64,000 bases of DNA, taken from positions 28,720-92,719 of IMG/VR virus record IMGVR_UViG_3300005326_000044; one strand, given 5' to 3'. Below the pieces are notes generated by a model. It was given only the letters and a program-made list of their open reading frames with translations, was not told the DNA's origin and ran no database searches. This document shows positions 58,119-64,000 of the stretch, piece after piece. Positions within the stretch are counted from its first letter, which is position 1, and every line of letters begins with the position of its first letter. The DNA comes from a virus. The position numbers and the translations under genes are program-made.

Positions 58119-59399
58119 ATGACTCACAAAAATTATGTCTTAGACACCAGCACCCTACTTCATGATCCGCGATGTTTTGAGAAATTTGTGGATAACAACG
58201 TTGTTATTCCGCTCGTGGTTTTGGAAGAATTAGACCATATTAAGATTCGTTCTGATGCAACTGGCGCAAACGCTCGTATTGTGATTCGGTATATCGACAG
58301 CTTGATGGGAGAGAATGTAGATTTTGAAAAAGGTATTGACATTGGTAACAGTACCTTTGTGTTTTTCGATAAATATCTTCGAAAAGATGAGCGTTTCAGT
58401 GCGGGCGGCAAGGATGATAACATCTTAGCTTGCGCAGCGCATTATGAGAATGCCGTTCTTGTGACCAAAGATGTCAACATGAGAATTCGCGCTAAGGCGT
58501 GCGGCATTAAAGCAGAAGACTACAAGAATGACAAAGTATCTGTTGATGAACTGTATACGGGTTCTAGGTTTATAAATCTCGATGAGATGGGAATCTTTAT
58601 CGAAGACCTTACACCGGCAAATGGTTTAGACAGTTGCGATGGCACGATATTTGAAACTCTGTTTCCTAATGAGTTTGCTCAAGTCGTTAGCAATGGTGTT
58701 AGTTCTATTTATCGGAAGCGCGCAAATGGTTCTTTGAAACCTGTTCGGTTGCCGCCGAAGGGTGTTTGGGGTTTACAGTCAAGAAATATGGAGCAGGCAT
58801 TTGCTCTTGATTTGTTGCTTGACCCAAACGTTCCTCTGGTAACATTGATTGGAAAGGCTGGAGCAGGAAAAAGCTTGCTTACTATCGGAGCAGCTTTAGA
58901 GTTGGTTTTGGACCAGAAGAAATATACCAAAGCTGAACTATACAAAGTTATCATGTCTGTTGGAAAAGACCTTGGCTACTTGCCTGGAGATCTCGCGGAG
59001 AAACTTGGCCCTTGGATGGGCTCTATGAAGGATGCTCTAGAATATCTTGCAGAAGGAACAAACTTTGAAACCTTCATGCATATGTACAAAGAGAAAATCA
59101 AGATGGAAGCTCTAACATATGTTCGTGGTCGTTCCATGAATAAGGTTTTCATCATGTTGGATGAAGCTCAAAACTCCACGAAAAATGAGATTAAGACCTT
59201 GATTACTCGCGCAGGTTTCGATAGCAAAATTGTTCTTCTTGGAGATATTGAGCAAATTGATAACCATTATCTTGACGCTATGGATAATGGTCTTACCTAC
59301 GTCATTGAACAATTTAAAACCTCTAAGCTCGCCGGGCATGTTACCCTCGTGAAGGGTGAGAGAAGCCCGCTAGCCACAGAAGCTTCTAAGATCCTTTAA
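58119..59399 (+). CDS. phoH: PIN-PhoH protein (PhoH2/YlaK-like)
   Basis: YVLDTS..EELD..DDNIL..LVTKD PIN domain; GKAGAGKS, LGYLPG, RGRS, DEAQN, GDIEQID; GGAGG RBS. Confidence 0.93.
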   Translation: MTHKNYVLDTSTLLHDPRCFEKFVDNNVVIPLVVLEELDHIKIRSDATGANARIVIRYIDSLMGENVDFEKGIDIGNSTFVFFDKYLRKDERFSAGGKDDNILACAAHYENAVLVTKDVNMRIRAKACGIKAEDYKNDKVSVDELYTGSRFINLDEMGIFIEDLTPANGLDSCDGTIFETLFPNEFAQVVSNGVSSIYRKRANGSLKPVRLPPKGVWGLQSRNMEQAFALDLLLDPNVPLVTLIGKAGAGKSLLTIGAALELVLDQKKYTKAELYKVIMSVGKDLGYLPGDLAEKLGPWMGSMKDALEYLAEGTNFETFMHMYKEKIKMEALTYVRGRSMNKVFIMLDEAQNSTKNEIKTLITRAGFDSKIVLLGDIEQIDNHYLDAMDNGLTYVIEQFKTSKLAGHVTLVKGERSPLATEASKIL

Positions 59400-59458
59400 A
59401 CTCTAGTCGGGTATAATCAGTAAATTCAATATTCAACTATTGAAATTGGAGTAGTTTT

Positions 59459-59728
59459 ATGTCTAACGAAAATGATGATCGTATCAAAAATTTACCATTT
59501 GAATATTATGCTTCCATTGCTTTAGCAAAAGAAAAAATGAAGCGGACTGAAATTGAAGTAGAGAAAGCGCAGGCGAATCAAAACTATCAAACTATGGTCT
59601 ATAAGTACACCGTTTTAACTGTTTTTAAGAAACTCAATTTGCCGGATGATGCCACATTAGGTGATGATGGCTCAATCATTTATGCTGATGTGCCTCTTAC
59701 GGCTGAGCCGGAAAACGAAACAAAATGA
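59459..59728 (+). CDS. Hypothetical protein
   Basis: 89 aa, GGAG RBS. Confidence 0.65.
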   Translation: MSNENDDRIKNLPFEYYASIALAKEKMKRTEIEVEKAQANQNYQTMVYKYTVLTVFKKLNLPDDATLGDDGSIIYADVPLTAEPENETK

Positions 59729-59985
59729 CAATTGAAAAGAAATATACTGTAGTTAAACTAAATCACGATGGCGTTGAATTAGCTCAAACTTTAGCTAATT
59801 TGATTTCTATTCGAAACTATTTGTATATGGTAAGCAGCAATATACGTCCTTCTGCACAAAATAAGGGAGAGTATATTAGAATCAATTCAAAAATTGAGAT
59901 TCTCGATAAGAGGATTCTTAATCTATGTTTGACTCTTAATGTACCTTTTGATATTCAGGTAGAAGAGATCGAAAATGCAGACTAG
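59725..59985 (+). CDS. Hypothetical protein
   Basis: 86 aa, ATGA overlap. Confidence 0.65.
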   Translation: MTIEKKYTVVKLNHDGVELAQTLANLISIRNYLYMVSSNIRPSAQNKGEYIRINSKIEILDKRILNLCLTLNVPFDIQVEEIENAD

Positions 59986-60760
59986 GTACAACTATCATAT
60001 TTATTCGATAAAGGATCAAAACTGGCTTGAATCTCAGCGAGTTGCTGGTCAGGTTTTATCGAAAGCTATTCAAGAAGGATTGAAAGCTGTTGTTCCTGGC
60101 AAGACGACCAGGGAAATAGACAAGGTGGTTGAAACATTTATCCTTGATCATTTTATGTGCGAGGCCACTTTCAAGGGCTACAAAGGTTTTCCTGCGGCCA
60201 CTTGCATTTCCGTTAACAATGAAATTGTTCATGGTATCCCTGGGGATAGGATTATTCAAGAGGGAGATGTAGTTACTCTTGATAGCGGGGTTACTCATAA
60301 TGGAGCCATAGCTGATATGGCTCGAACCATGATTGTTGGGGAGTCAAAAAATATTAAACACAAATGGTTGCTGATTAATTGTAAGCTTGCTTTAAATGCT
60401 GCGGTTTCAGCAATCAATAACACAATTGAAAGAAAGGTTCCGATTCGATTAGGAACTATTGGCGCCGCAATTTCTCATACAGCAAAGCAGATTAATGCTC
60501 ATGTAATAGTTGATTTGGGTGGACATGGGTTTGAGTCAAATACTCCTCATGGGTATCCTTTCGTTCACAATACTGGTGAAAAAGATACTGGGCCAATTTT
60601 GTATCCTGGAACTACTATTGCTATTGAGCCAATGATAACCTTTGGTTCGCCAAAGATTAGAATTGCCGAAGATGGTTGGACGGTTTTGTTAGAAGACGTT
60701 GGTGTTCATGAGGAAGATACTATTTTCATTCATGAGGACAGAGTGGAAATTATTACCTAG
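59975..60760 (+). CDS. map: Methionine aminopeptidase type I
   Basis: GFPAATCISVN..VHGIP; metal ligands in LDSG, ADMART, GGHG, AIEPM, HEEDT. Confidence 0.93.
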   Translation: MQTRYNYHIYSIKDQNWLESQRVAGQVLSKAIQEGLKAVVPGKTTREIDKVVETFILDHFMCEATFKGYKGFPAATCISVNNEIVHGIPGDRIIQEGDVVTLDSGVTHNGAIADMARTMIVGESKNIKHKWLLINCKLALNAAVSAINNTIERKVPIRLGTIGAAISHTAKQINAHVIVDLGGHGFESNTPHGYPFVHNTGEKDTGPILYPGTTIAIEPMITFGSPKIRIAEDGWTVLLEDVGVHEEDTIFIHEDRVEIIT

Positions 60761-60772
60761 GGAGAAGTTAGA

Positions 60773-61483
60773 ATGAGTATAGAATGTTCAAAATGCCCCG
60801 CATGTGATTGTGTTGATAAAGAAGTTGATGAAGCAGCAGAAGGTGTACTTGCTTTTTTGCGCGGATATGCTGAAGAGCTTCGAGAACAGTTGGATAAATG
60901 CATGCATTTAGATGAAGTACAGAATCTTTCTGCTAGTGTTTTGGGCAACGCAGGAATGGTATCACAGATTCTTCGTACTTTAGTTGATTATACACCGGAC
61001 CAAAGACGTGTTATAGGCAACAAGATTAATCATATTGTAAATGAATTTAAAGCGGCGATTGCAACAAGGAAGAAGCTTCTCCAAACAAAGGGCTCAGAAG
61101 TAAATTATGCAGCCCGCAATCTTCAAAATGAATTGATCGAAGCCTTTAAAGATAAGAAAGATACTTTCTTAGGAATCGATAAAGCCACGCTTAATGTTAT
61201 CCAAAAATTTGTTGCTGAAAAGGAAAGAAAGAATCGTCACACCCTCAATATAAAGAAAGGGATTTCGGTTTGTCCTAGATGTGGTTATCCGAACAGTCTT
61301 AAAGCCATAATGCCTGTAGCTGGACCTTGTCCTTATTGTGGCTGGGAAGATTCTGAAGCCAAGACTATGCGGGCTTTGTATCGTATTGTTATGGAACAGC
61401 TTGATACCAAATCGTCAAGTGATTCAATAACAATCGAAGCTGGTGTGCTTAAGGTTTTGCTTTCTTGGATGAATGAGCATTGA
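60773..61483 (+). CDS. Zn-finger protein containing PheRS alpha N-terminal coiled-coil-like domain
   Basis: LDEVQ..VLGNAGMVSQILRTL..TPDQRRVIGNKIN; CxxC motifs at both ends. Confidence 0.55.
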   Translation: MSIECSKCPACDCVDKEVDEAAEGVLAFLRGYAEELREQLDKCMHLDEVQNLSASVLGNAGMVSQILRTLVDYTPDQRRVIGNKINHIVNEFKAAIATRKKLLQTKGSEVNYAARNLQNELIEAFKDKKDTFLGIDKATLNVIQKFVAEKERKNRHTLNIKKGISVCPRCGYPNSLKAIMPVAGPCPYCGWEDSEAKTMRALYRIVMEQLDTKSSSDSITIEAGVLKVLLSWMNEH

Positions 61484-61485
61484 AA

Positions 61486-62067
61486 ATGGCAAAGAAATTC
61501 AATGTTCAGGTAAGCAGTGGCGGAATTGTTATTCCGATTTCTAAGTCCAATAAGTTTTCTCTAAAGGAACCTCGACGACCGCCGAAACCGGTTAGACCTA
61601 TTAAGCCGATTGAGCCTGAAAAAACAATTGATGTACCTCATGATATTCCGTTTGTTTTCAATTGCGCTCAACACGTTGCAATTCCGTTGGATGAAATTTT
61701 GGCTAAATTGCCTCCTGGAATTGCTCCTGATAAATTGACTTTGTGTGTTGAAAGTTCAGGTTCGGATTGTGGTGGGTTTTCAGATAATTATGATTGTGAC
61801 CCTGACACTTGGGTGAGTCAATGTTATCTACGTCATTTTGTGCGCGGAGAAAGCCCAAGTTATTCAAGAGACATGAAAGCATATAACAGAAAGCTTACCA
61901 AATTTGATCGCGATATGAAAAAGTATAATGAAAAAATGGTCGAGCACGATATAGCTTTGAAGAAGTATGAAGAAGACTTTGCGGAGTTTCAGGCCAAGCA
62001 AGCTATTCTAAATGGGGCAACAGAAGAGTTTTTGAGTAAGGTAGAAAAGGAATTGAAAAAGAAATGA
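61486..62067 (+). CDS. Hypothetical protein (Pro-rich segment + coiled coil)
   Basis: EPRRPPKPVRPIKPIEP; C-terminal heptads. Confidence 0.7.
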   Translation: MAKKFNVQVSSGGIVIPISKSNKFSLKEPRRPPKPVRPIKPIEPEKTIDVPHDIPFVFNCAQHVAIPLDEILAKLPPGIAPDKLTLCVESSGSDCGGFSDNYDCDPDTWVSQCYLRHFVRGESPSYSRDMKAYNRKLTKFDRDMKKYNEKMVEHDIALKKYEEDFAEFQAKQAILNGATEEFLSKVEKELKKK

Positions 62068-62939
62068 ATTACGAAGAGTTAAATTATTTAGACCTTTTGA
62101 AGCAAACTGTAGATAAAGGTGTTCGAAAATCTAATAGGACCGGAATTGATACTCTTAGTTTATTTGGAACTCAGCTTAGGTTTTCTTTAGCTGATAATAC
62201 TCTTCCACTTCTTACTACTAAAAAAATGTTTACGAAGGGTATTGTTGAGGAATTGTTGTTCTTTTTGCGGGGCGAAACGAATACTAAAATCCTAGAAGAA
62301 CGTGGCGTTAATATATGGAAAGGTAATACCAGCAAAGAGTTTTTGAATAAGGTAGGTTTAGGTTATTTGCCCGAAGGCGATATGGGATATGGATATGGTT
62401 TTCAGTGGCGCCATTTTGGCGGGCAAAAAAATATGAAGGATGAATTGATTCAACCTGGGATTGATCAGTTAAAAATTGTAATTGATACTATCAAGAACAA
62501 TCCTGATGACCGTAGAATCATCATGAGCGCTTGGAACCCAAGCCAACTAAAGTTTATGGTTTTGCCTCCTTGCCATATGTTTGTGCAGTTTTTTGTGGAT
62601 GGCGATCAATTATCAAGCCAATTTCTGATGAGGTCAGTAGATCTCCTGTTGGGTTTGCCTTTTAATATTGCTAGTTATGCCATTTTAACACACGTCGTGG
62701 CAAAGGTAACCAAATTACACGCGAAAGAATTGATTTTTGTTGGTGGAGATACACATTGTTATCTAAATCATATTGATGCTATTCATGAGCAGTTAAAAAG
62801 AAAACCATTTGAATTTCCAAAATTGCTTATAACAAAGGAAATCAATACAATTAAAGATGTTGAAGAATTGGAATATTCGGATTTTCAGATTAGAGATTAT
62901 CAATATTATCCAGCAATAAAAGCCACTATGGCTGTTTAG
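62064..62939 (+). CDS. thyA: Thymidylate synthase
   Basis: RTGIDT, PLLTTKK, EELLFF, YGFQWR, RRIIMSAWN, LPPCH, RSVD..LGLPFN, H.Y.NH. Confidence 0.97.
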   Translation: MNYEELNYLDLLKQTVDKGVRKSNRTGIDTLSLFGTQLRFSLADNTLPLLTTKKMFTKGIVEELLFFLRGETNTKILEERGVNIWKGNTSKEFLNKVGLGYLPEGDMGYGYGFQWRHFGGQKNMKDELIQPGIDQLKIVIDTIKNNPDDRRIIMSAWNPSQLKFMVLPPCHMFVQFFVDGDQLSSQFLMRSVDLLLGLPFNIASYAILTHVVAKVTKLHAKELIFVGGDTHCYLNHIDAIHEQLKRKPFEFPKLLITKEINTIKDVEELEYSDFQIRDYQYYPAIKATMAV

Positions 62940-62944
62940 GTTTT

Positions 62945-62952
62945 GATATATA
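62945..62952 (+). promoter_or_regulatory. GATATATA putative promoter
   Basis: 7 nt before ATG 62960, no SD. Confidence 0.6.
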
Positions 62953-62959
62953 TTTTTCT

Positions 62960-63859
62960 ATGGGTTTAAAGGAAGACTTATTTCAATGGTATTGGGATGA
63001 AGGTTTAACAACCATACAAATAGGTAAATTGCTTGACAAATCATATGTAACTATTATTCATTATATGAAGAAATTTGGAATTGCCAGGAGGACAAAAGTT
63101 CAAGCGGCTTTGTTCGGTGAAAAAAATCCTATGTATGGGCGAACTCATTCGCCTGAAACCAGAAGGCGTATCGCCGAAAATCTTGCGATTACAAATCAAA
63201 AACCAGAAATAAAAGCTAAACGAAGCAAAGCAAATTCTGGTAAAAATAACCCAATGTATGGCCGCAAACAATCTGCCAAAGTTATTGAAGCTTCAAGAGC
63301 GCGATTAACTCAACTGCATCAAACTGAAGCATTTAAAAAACTAAATAAAGAATCTAAGCAAACACCTGAATTTAGGAAAAAACTTTCTGATATAGCAAAA
63401 ACGAGAGTTGGTAAAAAGAATCCATTTTATGGAAAGACTCATTCTGATGAGACTAGAAAAATAATATCACAATCAAACAAGGGTCGATTTGTAGGAGAAA
63501 AAGGATCAAATTGGCAGGGTGGTAAGACCAAATTGACTCTTGCCGTTCGTGGTTTAGTTGAAAATTTGCATTGGAGAAAAAAGGTTTTTGAAAGGGATAA
63601 TTATACTTGTTAAAATTGTGGCCAAGTAGGCGGAAAACTTAATGCTGATCATATTCGCCCATTCTCTGTTCTATTGAAGGAAAACAATATATTGTCGCTA
63701 GATGAAGCAAGAAGTTGTGAAGCATTATGGGCTGTATCTAACGGTAGAACATTGTGTGTCGCATGTCATAAAAAAACGGATTCTTTTTGTGGAAAAGTAC
63801 AACAAACATACAAGGATATCTTACCGAAGCCAATAAGGAAAAAGAAAGTAACACAATGA
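62960..63859 (+). pseudogene. NUMOD3-repeat HNH homing endonuclease interrupted by in-frame TAA (63611-63613)
   Basis: NPMYGRTHS/NPFYGKTHS repeats; same frame continues ERDNYTC*NCG..ADHI..NGRTLC..CH. Confidence 0.85.
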
Positions 63860-64000
63860 ACATAGATTTACCACAACTAGCGCGAGTGATAGCCGCCATG
63901 GACCCAACGGGGCTTATTGGTGATGGCCCGAATATTCCTTGGCGTTATCCAGAAGATTTCCAAAGGTTCCGTTTCAAGACTATGGGTGGAGTTCTTATTA
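63856..64000 (+). CDS. folA: Dihydrofolate reductase (3'-truncated; not in ORF track)
   Basis: MNIDLPQLARVIAAMDPTGLIGDGPNIPWRYPEDFQRFRFKTMGGVLI; near thyA. Confidence 0.88.
   Translation, partial: MNIDLPQLARVIAAMDPTGLIGDGPNIPWRYPEDFQRFRFKTMGGVLI

Noticed and set aside
59412-59417. TATAAT sigma70 promoter
   Set aside because: No -35 or extended -10 support; expected by chance in AT-rich DNA
732-63271. Numerous short antisense/overlapping ORFs in the track
   Set aside because: Shadows of long + strand genes with no recognisable motifs
63611-63613. Genome-wide stop-codon reassignment
   Set aside because: TAA, TAG and TGA all end well-defined genes here and long ORFs are intact under the standard code; this is a single-site event
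1-64000. CRISPR array, tRNA or rRNA genes
   Set aside because: None seen; intergenic gaps are short and lack repeat-spacer or cloverleaf patterns (by eye only)

Overview
Window from a large (jumbo/huge) contractile-tailed dsDNA phage genome: AT-rich, standard genetic code, almost all genes on +. Four modules. (1) 1-27.1 kb: tail/baseplate operon (probable tape-measure end, tube-initiator-like, hub, spike, gp25, baseplate-J, a 2335-aa LamG wedge protein, a dockerin-containing protein). (2) 27.3-42.1 kb: about 15-gene glycan-building cluster (GT4, several GT2, GT9-like, CgeB-like, gmd+fcl for GDP-L-fucose, BcbE-like nucleotidyltransferase/HAD, two methyltransferases). (3) 42.1-47.9 kb: HNH, hypotheticals, a catalytically dead RmlB-like protein, a tubulin/FtsZ-family GTPase and a convergent IS607/MerR-type HTH protein with a palindrome array. 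(4) 48-64 kb: replication and metabolism genes (SF2 helicase, Sm/Hfq-like, DnaC-like, DnaB, MazG-like, sigma factor, NrdJ, PIN-PhoH, Map, a PheRS-N-arm protein, ThyA, interrupted NUMOD3-HNH, DHFR). Main leads: virion glycosylation with a possible D-G-Y target motif in the adjacent baseplate proteins; a tubulin-based partition/positioning module; a candidate replication origin at 27.1-27.3 kb; a GATATATA promoter that would give leaderless mRNAs. All family calls come from motif recognition by eye; no database searches were run.
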